A stretch of DNA of 62,238 nt, counting the filler, from a candidate division TA06 bacterium SM23_40 (GTDB taxonomy: Bacteria; LJUI01; SM1-40), in assembly GCA_001303705.1 (NCBI GenBank). It is 6 parts of 6 records of this genome, joined end to end, with 100 filler letters (N's around TTAATTAATTAA, not from the genome) between each part and the next. Parts side by side here need not be neighbours in the genome. Positions count along the whole stretch, not along the records: positions 26,702 to 45,609 come from LJUI01000036.1; positions 45,710 to 51,182 come from LJUI01000163.1; 4 more parts are not named here. One strand, 5' to 3'. Below are positions 41,076 through 50,701 of the stretch, piece by piece. The position numbers were made by a program, and so were the translations under genes. The notes under the pieces were generated by a model. It worked only from the letters and a program-made list of their open reading frames with translations, was not told where the DNA came from and searched no databases. Numbering within the stretch: position 1 is the first letter of the stretch; every line of letters begins with the position of its first letter.

Positions 41076-41801
41076 TCAGCGTCCGAGCTGTGTCAGCCTG
41101 CCGGAGCCCTCCATCACCTGAGCGACGATCGGGCTGCCGTAATAGGCCACTTCGCCTGTTCCGGTCACCGTGGCCGTCAGGTTATCATGTGTGCAGACAG
41201 TGGCACACCCCGTGCCCGTGACCACGACAGTCGTCGTCTCGCTCTCGAGCTCGGGGGCGACATATCTGCCAGAGCCGGAGATGTTGACCGTCTCTATCGG
41301 GGTCTCTCCAGCCACGGCCACGCACCCCGAGCCGCTGATGTCCACCGCCAACCGGTTCGCAGTACACGAGCTGATTGCGATCTTCCCCGGTCCGGAGACG
41401 GCAGCATCGAGAGCCTCGGTCGTGATGGCGGGCGCGTGAATGCGTCCTGGTCCGGAGACGGCCAGCCCGAGGATTTCCCTCATACCCACCTTGAACGTGA
41501 CCGGCTTGGTGGACCGTGTGTCAGTCGGGGACTTATCTGGATGGAATCCCAGGTGAAGTGTGCGGTCCCTCACCTCTACCTCGACGTAGGGCATGATGTT
41601 GTCTTCTGCCACGATGGTGAGAGATTCTTCCTCACCCTGGTCGATGATCACCCTGCCGGTGCCGCTCAACGAGATGCAGTTGAAATCCGCGACCTCGCGG
41701 GACTCGGTAATGATGTTGCCCGAGCCCTCGGCGGCGACGGCGCCAGTCATCAGCATGAGGGTGAGGGTGCACGTGAGGAGAAGCCTGTGCGTCATCGCCA
41801 T
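41076..41801 (-). CDS. DUF2807 (head GIN domain) putative adhesin, paralog of 39305-40027
   Basis: Signal peptide; AEDNIMPYV; SGPG/SGSG repeats; YYGSP. Confidence 0.85.
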   Translation of the reverse strand: MAMTHRLLLTCTLTLMLMTGAVAAEGSGNIITESREVADFNCISLSGTGRVIIDQGEEESLTIVAEDNIMPYVEVEVRDRTLHLGFHPDKSPTDTRSTKPVTFKVGMREILGLAVSGPGRIHAPAITTEALDAAVSGPGKIAISSCTANRLAVDISGSGCVAVAGETPIETVNISGSGRYVAPELESETTTVVVTGTGCATVCTHDNLTATVTGTGEVAYYGSPIVAQVMEGSGRLTQLGR

Positions 41802-41972
41802 TTCCTCCCTCTGTGGTGTGATGGTGAGTGACGTTCTGACCTGGGACCGACGCCGGGGCGTCAGCCCGACAAAGAGCGCATATCTGTCGGGGAGGCACAT
41901 AGGAGGGTGTCAGTACTTATACGTCTTGAACGGCGAGATGGTTTCATTAGAATTGCCGAAGGTCAGGCATCA

Positions 41973-42112
41973 GGGGGGTAAACCGTTGCACGGAGGGTGA
42001 CATACTCCAGGGGGGGCACCTGTTACCGAGAGGGTGACGTATTCCGGGTGGGCTACCTGTTGCAGAGAGGGCAGCGCGTCGTACGAGGGCGAACCGATTG
42101 CAGGTAGGGATC
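41973..42112. repeat. Degenerate tandem repeat, about 4 units, period 36-38 nt
   Basis: Core ACC(T)GTTGCAGAGAGGG variants start at 41982, 42018, 42055 and 42093. Confidence 0.55.
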
Positions 42113-42142
42113 CCGTCATAGCGACAGACAGGGAAAAAAGGC

Positions 42143-42171
42143 TTGACAGATACCGGCCCATGGGCTAGAGT
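42143..42171 (+). promoter_or_regulatory. Sigma-70 promoter of the leader/ABC operon
   Basis: TTGACA-17 nt-TAGAGT preceded by an A-tract. Confidence 0.7.
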
Positions 42172-42256
42172 TGTGACAAGAGTAGTTAGGGACGTACGCG
42201 AGACTGCAGGCCGGGCTGGCCCGCCTTGCAGCCGCCACTGAGTACTGGAGGAATCG

Positions 42257-42319
42257 ATGCTAAGCAGGTTGGCAAAGTTGAGTATCGGGCTTCTCGACGA
42301 GGGAGGAGTGTGTCCGTAG
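42257..42319 (+). CDS. Putative leader peptide MLSRLAKLSIGLLDEGGVCP (20 aa)
   Basis: GGAGG at 42247-42251, 5 nt before the ATG; lies between the promoter and the hairpins. Below the ORF-track size cutoff. Confidence 0.5.
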   Translation: MLSRLAKLSIGLLDEGGVCP

Positions 42320-42352
42320 CCTACCTGTTTTAGTGCATCGCGTAAGTCATTG

Positions 42353-42440
42353 GGCCATGGGCACCTCCGAGAAGGTGCCCATGGCCGCTTTTATGTCGTT
42401 TCGGCCATGGGATCGGAAAGAGCGACGATCCCATCTTTTT
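42353..42440 (+). terminator. Two tandem intrinsic terminator-like hairpins (possible attenuator)
   Basis: Perfect 14-bp stem ggccatgggcacct/aggtgcccatggcc followed by gctttt; 9-bp stem atgggatcg/cgatcccat followed by ctttttt. Confidence 0.7.
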
Positions 42441-42479
42441 TCGTAGGAAATCTCTACCACGGCCTGACGGCGGGAGGAG

Positions 42480-43463
42480 GTGAGCGAGATGGCCTCCCGG
42501 GCGGCTGACGATCGCGAACAGGGGCGACTCGTTGTGGCGAAGGTGCAGGGTGGGACCACCAGTGAACGAGTACAGGATATGAAAACGAAACCAATGAAAA
42601 GAGGTCATGTCGGGAAGACTGCCGTGCTTCCAGAGGCAGGGGACGTGGCATTGGCCTGTCACAGCGTAGGGAAGGTGTTCTACAAGACCCCGAGCGGCGG
42701 GCCGGGCGAACGCCGGTTCCCGATGAGACGCGCGGGGAGACGGAAGGTTTTTGCGCTCAGGGATGTCGGGTTCTCCGTGCCCAGGGGCGAGATATTCGGG
42801 ATCGTCGGGCCGAACGGGTCGGGGAAGAGCACGCTGGTGCGGATCATCTCCACGCTCCTCTACCCCGACCAGGGAAGTGTCTCGGTCTTCGGATACGACG
42901 TCCAGAAGGAGGCGCGCCAGGTCCGCCGCCTCATCAACCGCGTGAGCGTCGATGCCTCTTTCTTCAAGAGGCTCTCGGCGTGGGAGAATCTCAGGTATGC
43001 GTCCCGGCTGTATGGACTGCCGCCGAAAGAGGGGCGTGAGGCCACACTCCGCATCATGGAGCGTCTGGGCTTCAAGAGGGAACGGATGAGCGATCCCCTG
43101 GAGGATCTCTCCCGTGGAATGCAGCAGAAGGTGGCGATTGCGAGGGCACTCATGACCTCTCCCGTACTGCTTCTGCTCGACGAGCCGACTACGGGTCTCG
43201 ATCCGAAGTCGAAGCGGGAGGTGCAGCGGTTTATTCTCGAAACGCGGGACGAGCACGATGCGACCATTCTCCTCACGACCCACGACATGGACGAGGCGGA
43301 CCGGGTATGCAATCGGGTCGCCATCATTGATGGCGGACGGTTCGTGGCGGTCGATACGCCCGAAGGGCTGAAGCGAGCGATCGGCAGCGGAGATGGCGGC
43401 ACTACATTAGAAGATGTGTTCCTCGAACTCACAGGAAAAGGCTGGGGAGATGAGGATGAGTGA
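42480..43463 (+). CDS. ABC transporter ATP-binding protein (ABC-2/drug exporter type)
   Basis: GPNGSGKST, LSRGMQQKV, LLLDEPT, TTHDM. Start may lie further downstream (about 42579). Confidence 0.92.
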   Translation: MSEMASRAADDREQGRLVVAKVQGGTTSERVQDMKTKPMKRGHVGKTAVLPEAGDVALACHSVGKVFYKTPSGGPGERRFPMRRAGRRKVFALRDVGFSVPRGEIFGIVGPNGSGKSTLVRIISTLLYPDQGSVSVFGYDVQKEARQVRRLINRVSVDASFFKRLSAWENLRYASRLYGLPPKEGREATLRIMERLGFKRERMSDPLEDLSRGMQQKVAIARALMTSPVLLLLDEPTTGLDPKSKREVQRFILETRDEHDATILLTTHDMDEADRVCNRVAIIDGGRFVAVDTPEGLKRAIGSGDGGTTLEDVFLELTGKGWGDEDE

Positions 43464-43568
43464 GATCGAACATGACGATGAGCGATATATGAGCCATGTG
43501 CTGACGGCAGATTGCGCGGGGGAAGTCGGCCCCCTGCGAGAGTTGTCGCGATTCAGGAGGAAGGTAGA

Positions 43569-44363
43569 ATGGGGATTATGGCCGAGGCTGGGGCCTCGTG
43601 GGCGTTTGTAGAACGTAACTTCACGCTCGTACGACGCTACATAGGGTGGGAGGCCGTCTTCGTCACTTACAGCATCGTCAATTCGCTGACGATCGCATTC
43701 ATCGGCGTCACACAGGGGAAAGAGAAGGTGATGTACCTGGTAGTGGGCGCGATGATCTGGGGGTTCCTCTCGCTTCTGTTTCACGAGATCAGCGAGTCGA
43801 TCGCCTGGGAGCGCTGGGAGGGTACGATCGAGTACACCTTCATGGCGCCGATCCACCGGTTCACGCACCTTGGCGGTAACTGCGTCTTCGCGATCATCTA
43901 TGGGACGCTTCGGAGCTTCTTGCTGCTCTTCTGTGTGGCGATCTTCTTCCGGCTCAGCCTGCAGGGCGCGAACCTCGTGACGGCCCTCATCATACTGATG
44001 GTGAGTGGACTCTCCTTCGTCGGATTGGGGCTTGTGGCGGCGGTTCTTCCCCTGCTCTCGACTGAGAAGGGCGCTCAGGCGACGCACATCTTCGAGGCCG
44101 TGCTCCTGCTCATCTCGGGGGTGTACTATGAGGTGGACGTGCTGCCGGCTTGGATTCGCCCGCTTTCGGCGGTCTCCCCGGCCACCTATACCCTGCGGGC
44201 GATACGCAGGGCTCTGTTGGAGGGGGCGTCTATCACTGAGCTGTGGCCGACGGTCGCCCTGATACTAGGGCTCGGCATCGTGCTCATTCCCGGGGGGCTC
44301 GTCATCTTCAGGGCGGCTGAGGGGCATGCGAAGCGGACGGGGAAACTGAAGCGGAGCGGATAG
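43569..44363 (+). CDS. ABC-2 type transporter permease
   Basis: Six hydrophobic segments, ERWEGTIE, SGVYY.V..LP.W, SPATY; AGGAGG RBS. Confidence 0.9.
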   Translation: MGIMAEAGASWAFVERNFTLVRRYIGWEAVFVTYSIVNSLTIAFIGVTQGKEKVMYLVVGAMIWGFLSLLFHEISESIAWERWEGTIEYTFMAPIHRFTHLGGNCVFAIIYGTLRSFLLLFCVAIFFRLSLQGANLVTALIILMVSGLSFVGLGLVAAVLPLLSTEKGAQATHIFEAVLLLISGVYYEVDVLPAWIRPLSAVSPATYTLRAIRRALLEGASITELWPTVALILGLGIVLIPGGLVIFRAAEGHAKRTGKLKRSG

Positions 44364-44380
44364 GGCGTACACGGAAGAGG

Positions 44381-45196
44381 TTACTCGTGGGAGAGCTTCT
44401 CCAGTATGGCGCTCTGGAGGATGCGGTTCGAGGCGACAAGTGACAGATCTCTCGTTCGGAGACTCTCGAGCTGTGGCGAGGAGCCGTGGAAGTCGGTGAG
44501 GGTGCCGCCTGCCTCCTCCAGGATCAGTTTCCCGGCGGCGTAGTCCCAGATACTCTGATCTCTGCTGACAACGCCCTCGATCCTGCCGCAGGCGACATAG
44601 CAGAGCTCCTGGGCACACGACCCGCCTGCCCTGATCGATCGTACTGACCTGAGGAGTTCTCTCGTCGCCGAGCCGTCGTCGTCGAGCCGCAACATCCTGT
44701 GGCCGAACGATACGATGCTGTCATTGAGCCGGTCTACCGTAGACGCCTGGATGCGGGTTCCGTTCACGTACGCGCCCTCTCCCTTGCAGGCGGAGAAGAA
44801 CTCTCCTGTCGCGGGGCAGGAGACGATTCCGAGGACGGGGCCCCATCTGTGGAGCAGGGCGACGGATATGCTGAATGTATCCAATCCTCGCGCATAGTAG
44901 CTCGATCCGTCGAGCGGATCGATCACCCAGAGGTAGTCTCCGGAGATCGCATCCCGTCCGGCTTCCTCGGAGATGAACGAGTGGTCGGGGAATTCCCTTC
45001 TCAGTCTCTCGATGATCAGCGATTCGGACTCTCTATCCTGCTCTGAAACGACACTGTGGTGAGATTCCTTGCGCTCCACTTCTCGCGACGGACCGAAGTG
45101 GTCCATAAGATAGTGACCGGCCTCGCGGGCGGCCTCGACAGCGATCTCCAGTGCCTTTCTTGCCGGTATCTCAGTACGATCCATCTGGTGATCCAT
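44381..45196 (-). CDS. Inositol monophosphatase family protein
   Basis: SEE, WVIDPLDGS, CYVACG, WDYAAG. Confidence 0.9.
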   Translation of the reverse strand: MDHQMDRTEIPARKALEIAVEAAREAGHYLMDHFGPSREVERKESHHSVVSEQDRESESLIIERLRREFPDHSFISEEAGRDAISGDYLWVIDPLDGSSYYARGLDTFSISVALLHRWGPVLGIVSCPATGEFFSACKGEGAYVNGTRIQASTVDRLNDSIVSFGHRMLRLDDDGSATRELLRSVRSIRAGGSCAQELCYVACGRIEGVVSRDQSIWDYAAGKLILEEAGGTLTDFHGSSPQLESLRTRDLSLVASNRILQSAILEKLSHE

Positions 45197-45287
45197 GTGG
45201 GCTGAATCCCTCTCCGCGGCAGCTTCTTCGGCCGTGCCCGTCCATTCCGGTGACTCGCAGGTGACTCGCAATAGAATATATGGGACA

Positions 45288-45316
45288 AACCTACCCGATC
45301 GAGGCGCCCATGTCAA
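45288..45316 (-). promoter_or_regulatory. Putative sigma-70 promoter of the IMPase gene
   Basis: Minus strand TTGACA-17 nt-TAGGTT. Confidence 0.5.
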
Positions 45317-45429
45317 CCGCCTGAGTGTCGATTCCTCCCGCATCCCCGGCAGGTGGAATCCATGTCCTCGGGGCTGCGAAGCGCGAGATCTCCGTGGTGC
45401 CGGCTCTGGCACCTCTATGTTGCGTCGAC

Positions 45430-45493
45430 AGCTGGCAGTGGAATCGAGCTGGCAGTGAAATCGCTTGACAGGTAGGACCGCTGAGTGTAGTAT
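45430..45493 (+). promoter_or_regulatory. 17-bp direct repeat pair next to a sigma-70 promoter
   Basis: agctggcagtggaatcg then agctggcagtgaaatcg (45430-45463), then TTGACA-17 nt-TAGTAT; the ATG at 45586 runs into the gap. Confidence 0.55.
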
Positions 45494-45609
45494 CCCGACG
45501 AGAGACCGGGCACGGGCCCGGTCTCTCTCTATATAGGGGCCGGGCGCGTGGCAGGAGCTGCGGGTGAGATGAGGGAGACAGGACCATGGCAGCGCGTGGA
45601 CGAAGGAGG

Positions 45610-45709
45610 NNNNNNNNNNNNNNNNNNNNNNNNNNNNNNNNNNNNNNNNNNNNTTAATTAATTAANNNNNNNNNNNNNNNNNNNNNNNNNNNNNNNNNNN
45701 NNNNNNNNN
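45610..45709. other. Assembly gap / contig linker
   Basis: N run containing TTAATTAATTAA. Confidence 0.98.
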
Positions 45710-45710
45710 G

Positions 45711-46103
45711 TCTCATCTTCAAGATGCGAGCTACCCGGGAGCTGCGCGGCTGGGACGGGGTGAAGGATACCTCTATCCCCACAGCGCACCTGAAGGACAT
45801 CAGGAGCAGATATATCTTCTTCATCCGAAGCGTTACTACCGACCGGTCGACAGAGGCTTTGAACGGACCATTGCGGAACATCAGAAGCTACGACGGGGAA
45901 GGGCGCAGCAGACAGAGAGTCGAATATCGAGGCGAGAGGACCAAGCGAGAAAAGACGAAGAAAGACAAACATCGAAAGGGCAGAAACGAGAGACAACAAA
46001 AGGACGAGAGGTACGAATAGCAGACGAACAGAAGGGAAAGAGAGCGCAAGGGAAAAAGAGAAGAAGACAACGTTCACAAAGAACAGCTGACGATACACGA
46101 TAG
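45711..46103 (+). CDS. rarA: Replication-associated recombination protein RarA/MgsA, C-terminal part
   Basis: Missed by the ORF track. Frame from 45711 reads SHLQDASYPGAARLGRGEGYLYPHS...QIYL...YYRP..RGFE, the MgsA_C signature, then a long charged tail. Confidence 0.8.
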   Translation, partial: SHLQDASYPGAARLGRGEGYLYPHSAPEGHQEQIYLLHPKRYYRPVDRGFERTIAEHQKLRRGRAQQTESRISRREDQARKDEERQTSKGQKRETTKGREVRIADEQKGKRAQGKKRRRQRSQRTADDTR

Positions 46104-46123
46104 TGAGGAGGTGAGGTAAAGCT

Positions 46124-47689
46124 ATGCCGAACCTTGGGTATCTTCTACTCGTTTTCCTCGTGGGCGGCGTGCCGATGTTCTTGCTCGGCCTGTACGTGGC
46201 GAAAAGGATCGGCGAGAGTAAGCTCATCAACGCAGAACGACTGGCAGAGAAAATTGTCTCTGAGGCTGAGAAAGAGGCTGAGACTCAGAGGAAAGCAGCC
46301 GTTCTGGAGGCGAAGGATGAGGTGTATAAGGCACGGAGCGCATGGGAGAAGCAGGCACAGGTCGAACGACAGACTCAGATCGACCTGGAGCGTAAGCTCA
46401 GTGCGCGCGAGGAGAACCTGGAACGGAAAGCCGACCTGATCGCGAAAAAAGAGAAAGAGATTACGAAGAGAGAGCGTGACCTCTCCACACGGGACCGCAC
46501 GCTGCGCGCCAAGGACGATCGTCTCACCAAGCTCCTCGAGGAGGAGAACGAGCGGCTGCAGCGAATCGCGTGCATGACCGCTGAGGAGGCAAAGAAACAG
46601 CTTATCACCAATCTCGAAGATCAGGCACGGCATGAGGGTGCGCAACTGATCAAGAGCATCCGGGACAAGGCGAAGGAAGAGGCAGAGCGGGAGGCGAGGC
46701 ACATCATCGCTCAGGCAATCCAGCGGTGCGCAACAGACCACGTAGTTGAGAGTACGGTCTCTGTTGTCTCACTCCCCAACGAAGAGATGAAGGGCAGGAT
46801 AATCGGCCGCGAGGGGAGGAATATTCGCTCCTTCGAGACGGCGACCGGCGTCGAGGTGATTATCGACGACACCCCGGAGGCGGTAGCGCTCTCCGGATTC
46901 GACCCGGTGCGCAGGGAGGTCGCGAGGATAGCCCTGGAGCGACTCATCGCAGATGGGCGCATCCATCCTGCGCGAATCGAGGAAATCGTCGATAAGACAC
47001 GTGAGGAGATGAACGAGCTGATCAGGCAGATCGGTGAAGAAACGGTGCTCGAAGTTGGAGTGCCGGGCCTCCATCCCGATCTGGTCAAGCTCCTGGGTCG
47101 GCTCCGCTACCGGACCAGCTACGGGCAGAACGTCCTCCAACATTCCCGCGAGGTTGCATACGTGGCCGGGATGATGGCCGGGGAGTTGCTCCTCGATGTC
47201 GATGTGGCAAAACGGGCGGGACTCCTCCACGACCTGGGAAAGGGACTCGACCACAGTGTCGACGGACCGCACGCCCGGATCGGTGCCGAGGTGGCCGCGA
47301 GGTACGGAGAGGCTCCGATCGTTTTGAATGCTATCGCTGCCCATCACGAGGACGTACCGTACGAATCGACGATTGCAGTTCTCGTCGCAGCTGCCGATGC
47401 CATCTCCGGGGCCAGGCCCGGGGCGCGGCGAGAGAGCCTCGAGGCGTACATCAAGCGGCTGCAGAATCTGGAGGAGATCGCCAGTTCATTTACCGGGGTG
47501 CAGAAGGCGTATGCGATCCAGGCTGGCCGCGAGGTGCGCATCATCGTCGAACCGGAGGACGTGAACGACCATCAAGCAGTCGAGCTTGCATCGGATGTAG
47601 CAAAGCGGTTGACGGCCGAACTCGAATATCCCGGGCAGATCAAGGTCCTGGTGATCCGGGAGACGCGTGCGATCGACTACGCCAAGTAG
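46124..47689 (+). CDS. rny: Ribonuclease Y
   Basis: N-terminal TM and coiled coil, [13 protein letters not shown] (KH), LLHDLGK (HD), [10 protein letters not shown]. Confidence 0.97.
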   Translation: MPNLGYLLLVFLVGGVPMFLLGLYVAKRIGESKLINAERLAEKIVSEAEKEAETQRKAAVLEAKDEVYKARSAWEKQAQVERQTQIDLERKLSAREENLERKADLIAKKEKEITKRERDLSTRDRTLRAKDDRLTKLLEEENERLQRIACMTAEEAKKQLITNLEDQARHEGAQLIKSIRDKAKEEAEREARHIIAQAIQRCATDHVVESTVSVVSLPNEEMKGRIIGREGRNIRSFETATGVEVIIDDTPEAVALSGFDPVRREVARIALERLIADGRIHPARIEEIVDKTREEMNELIRQIGEETVLEVGVPGLHPDLVKLLGRLRYRTSYGQNVLQHSREVAYVAGMMAGELLLDVDVAKRAGLLHDLGKGLDHSVDGPHARIGAEVAARYGEAPIVLNAIAAHHEDVPYESTIAVLVAAADAISGARPGARRESLEAYIKRLQNLEEIASSFTGVQKAYAIQAGREVRIIVEPEDVNDHQAVELASDVAKRLTAELEYPGQIKVLVIRETRAIDYAK

Positions 47690-47716
47690 AGGTGTTTCAC
47701 TGGACCGAGGACGAGT

Positions 47717-48502
47717 GTGAGAGTTCTGTTTGTCGGTGACATTGTTGGCAAACCCGGCAGGAAGGCAGTTGCCAGGCTTCTCCCCGACCTCATCTCTGAG
47801 CAGGGCGTCGATCTCGTGATCGCCAACGGAGAGAACGCGGCGGGGGGGTACGGCCTGACCGGACAAGTGATAGAGGAGCTGGTCCATCTCGGTATCGACT
47901 GCATAACTTCCGGGAACCATCTCTGGGATAGACGTGAGATCGTGTCCCTGCTCGATACCGAGGAGCGTGTCCTGAGGCCGGCCAACTACCCGCCAGGGAC
48001 TCCCGGGCGCGGGTGGGGCATCTTCACCGGCCGGAGCGGCATCCGAGTCGGAGTGGTCAACCTCATGGGTCGGGTATTCATGAGAGACCTCGACTGTCCG
48101 TTTCGTACGGCCGACCAGGTGCTCGAGAAACTGACTGGATCGGTGCAGCTTACGATCGTCGACTTCCACGCCGAAGCGACCTCGGAAAAGATGGCCATGG
48201 GGTGGTACCTGGACGGCCGGGTCTCTGCCGTCGTTGGTACGCACACCCACATCCAGACCTGCGATGCACAGATCTTGTCCCGCGGGACGGGGTACATCAC
48301 GGATGTCGGCATGACGGGCCCATTCGATTCAGTCATCGGGATGAAGAAAGAGTTGGCGCTCAGGCGGTTCCTCACTCAGCTTCCGACACGATTTGAAGTT
48401 GCTTCAAGCGATGTGCGGCTCAATGGCCTGCTGCTCTCTCTGTCCGAGGAGACAGGTCTGGCGGAGAGGGTCGAGTTGCTCGATATCGCCCTCTCTTCAT
48501 GA
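47717..48502 (+). CDS. ymdB: TIGR00282/YmdB family metallophosphoesterase
   Basis: GDIVG, NGEN, SGNH, DFHAEATSEK, GTHTH, TDVGMTG. Confidence 0.92.
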   Translation: MRVLFVGDIVGKPGRKAVARLLPDLISEQGVDLVIANGENAAGGYGLTGQVIEELVHLGIDCITSGNHLWDRREIVSLLDTEERVLRPANYPPGTPGRGWGIFTGRSGIRVGVVNLMGRVFMRDLDCPFRTADQVLEKLTGSVQLTIVDFHAEATSEKMAMGWYLDGRVSAVVGTHTHIQTCDAQILSRGTGYITDVGMTGPFDSVIGMKKELALRRFLTQLPTRFEVASSDVRLNGLLLSLSEETGLAERVELLDIALSS

Positions 48503-48528
48503 GCAGTCCCTCACCGCGAAGGTGCGCA

Positions 48529-49461
48529 ATGGCGGCCGAAATCATCGACGGAAAAGGGATCGCGCAACAGATACGCCGGAAGATCGAAGGCGAAGTGCGC
48601 AGCCTCAGGGAGCGGGGAGTCATCCCCGGTCTTGCGGTCGTCTTCGTCGGGGAGAATCCGGCATCAGCGTCTTATGTGCGCGGCAAGGAACGCGCCTGCG
48701 CGGAAGTGGGCATTGAGACAGAGACGCTGCGATTTGCTGATACGATATCAGAGGGCGATCTGATCGAGGAGATCCGCCGGCTCAACCAGGATCCATCGTT
48801 TCATGGCATCTTGGTCCAGCTTCCCCTGCCAGGACATATCGACTCAGGATCTGTTGCTGAGGCTGTTGCCTGTGAGAAGGATGTGGATGGATTACATCCG
48901 GTGAATGTCGGGAAGCTCTGTCTCGGCCAGCCGACATTCGTGCCCGGAACGCCTCGCGGCATCTGTGAACTTCTTGCTCACGTCGGTGTCGATCCGGAGG
49001 GCAAGCACGCGGTCATCGCAGGGCGGAGCAACATAGTGGGCCGGCCGCTGGCAATTCTGCTCTCGCGCAAGGCTCGGGGAGCGAATGCGACCGTAACAGT
49101 ATGTCATTCCCGTACGGCCGATCTGCCGTCGCACACCAGGCAGGCCGATATCCTCGTCGCGGCGATGGGGCAGCCGGAAAAGATCGTTGGATCGATGATC
49201 AAGCCCGATGCCGTCGTGATCGATGTCGGCGTGAACCGGGTTGCGGACTCGTCGAAGAAGCGCGGGTACCGGTTGGTGGGAGACGTCCACTTCGAGTCCG
49301 CGCGCGAGGTCGCTTCGTACATCACTCCGGTCCCGGGGGGCGTGGGGCCGATGACGATTGCAATGCTCCTGCGCAACACCGTCGATGCGGCCGCCGGGCG
49401 CATTGGGCGGTCGATGAGCGAGGCGGGAATCCACGGTCCGGAGGCTGAATCGTGCTCCTGA
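48529..49461 (+). CDS. folD: Bifunctional methylene-THF dehydrogenase/cyclohydrolase
   Basis: IDGK, GILVQLPLP, KDVDG, GRSNIVGRP, TPVPGGVGPMT. Confidence 0.96.
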   Translation: MAAEIIDGKGIAQQIRRKIEGEVRSLRERGVIPGLAVVFVGENPASASYVRGKERACAEVGIETETLRFADTISEGDLIEEIRRLNQDPSFHGILVQLPLPGHIDSGSVAEAVACEKDVDGLHPVNVGKLCLGQPTFVPGTPRGICELLAHVGVDPEGKHAVIAGRSNIVGRPLAILLSRKARGANATVTVCHSRTADLPSHTRQADILVAAMGQPEKIVGSMIKPDAVVIDVGVNRVADSSKKRGYRLVGDVHFESAREVASYITPVPGGVGPMTIAMLLRNTVDAAAGRIGRSMSEAGIHGPEAESCS

Positions 49462-50696
49462 CTGACGAGACCGTGTACACGGTTAGCGAGATCACGCGGC
49501 AGATCCGCCGATCACTCGAGGAGGAGTTTCCGCTCGTCCGGGTAGAGGGTGAGGTCTCTAACTTCACGGCACATTCGTCCGGTCACCTCTATTTCTCGCT
49601 CAAGGATGAAGGCGCACAACTGCGGTGCGTGATGTTCCGTTCGCGGCGCCGTCGCATGATCGGTCCCCTTCCCTCGAACGGCATGGCGGTTCGCGCCCTG
49701 GGACAGATCACTGTCTATGAAAGGAGTGGACAGTACCAACTCAGTGTGATAGAATTGCGGCCCGCGGGGATAGGAGCCTTAGCGCGGGCATTTGAGGAAT
49801 TGAAGCACCGGTTGGCTGAAGAGGGTTTATTCGACGCAGTACACAAACAGCCGATTCCGAAATTTCCCGGACGGATCGGCGTCGTCACCTCGCCGACCGG
49901 TGCCGCCGTACGCGATATCATCCGTATCATCGGGCGACGCTTTCCGCTTGCCCGCCTCATACTCGCTCCAGTGCAGGTCCAGGGGGAAGGCGCGGCCCGA
50001 GAGATCGCGCTGGCCATCGAACGCATGAACCGTCATCGGCTGGCCGACGTCCTGATAGTAGGGCGGGGCGGGGGTTCGATGGAGGACCTCTGGGCATTTA
50101 ACGAGGAGGTCGTGGCGCGCGCGATCTTCTCCTCGGCGATTCCCGTCATATCCGCGGTCGGCCACGAGATAGATTTCACCATCGCCGACTTCGTGGCGGA
50201 TCTGCGGGCTCCCACACCGTCAGCCGCAGCAGAACTGGTTGTGCCGGACAGGCAGGAATTGGCAGGAGTCATCGCCGGGGCTCGACAGCGGCTTCTCTCT
50301 GCGGCAGCCGGCAGGATCGGGAGGCAGCGTGAACGTGTCGTTACGTTGGTGAGAAGCTACGGCCTGCGCCGCCCTGCCGACCTCATCGCGGGGCGGATGC
50401 AGAGGCTCGATGAGTTGGAACGGCGACTGCAACTTGCCAGCGAGCGTCATGTAGCACTGAGAAAGAGGTTGCTCGATAGTACGACACGTCATCTGGCGAG
50501 TCTCGGCCCGCAGGCGGTACTGGCTCGCGGGTATAGCGTCTGTCGCAGGCTGCCTGATGGTGCCGTGGTTACGGACGGAGGTGTGCTGACCGGGGGTGAA
50601 CTCCTCGATCTATGGTTCGCGCGTGGTGGGGCGGAGTGTAGGGTTGAGCGGGCGACGTCAACTCGTCGTGATCTCCTGACCCTGGAGGATAGTTGA
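49452..50696 (+). CDS. xseA: Exodeoxyribonuclease VII large subunit
   Basis: GEVSNF...SGHLYFSLKD, GRGGGSMEDLWAFN, AVGHE.D, TPSAAAE. Confidence 0.96.
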   Translation: MLLTDETVYTVSEITRQIRRSLEEEFPLVRVEGEVSNFTAHSSGHLYFSLKDEGAQLRCVMFRSRRRRMIGPLPSNGMAVRALGQITVYERSGQYQLSVIELRPAGIGALARAFEELKHRLAEEGLFDAVHKQPIPKFPGRIGVVTSPTGAAVRDIIRIIGRRFPLARLILAPVQVQGEGAAREIALAIERMNRHRLADVLIVGRGGGSMEDLWAFNEEVVARAIFSSAIPVISAVGHEIDFTIADFVADLRAPTPSAAAELVVPDRQELAGVIAGARQRLLSAAAGRIGRQRERVVTLVRSYGLRRPADLIAGRMQRLDELERRLQLASERHVALRKRLLDSTTRHLASLGPQAVLARGYSVCRRLPDGAVVTDGGVLTGGELLDLWFARGGAECRVERATSTRRDLLTLEDS

Positions 50697-50701
50697 CCGA
50701 C

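Noticed and set aside
42317-42330. Amber (pyrrolysine) readthrough of the leader ORF (CP*PTC)
   Set aside because: No pyl genes are visible and the readthrough product resembles nothing recognisable.
45710-46123. 6S RNA upstream of rny (common context), or the 98-aa ORF 45724-46020
   Set aside because: Another frame clearly encodes the RarA C-terminal motif across this region.
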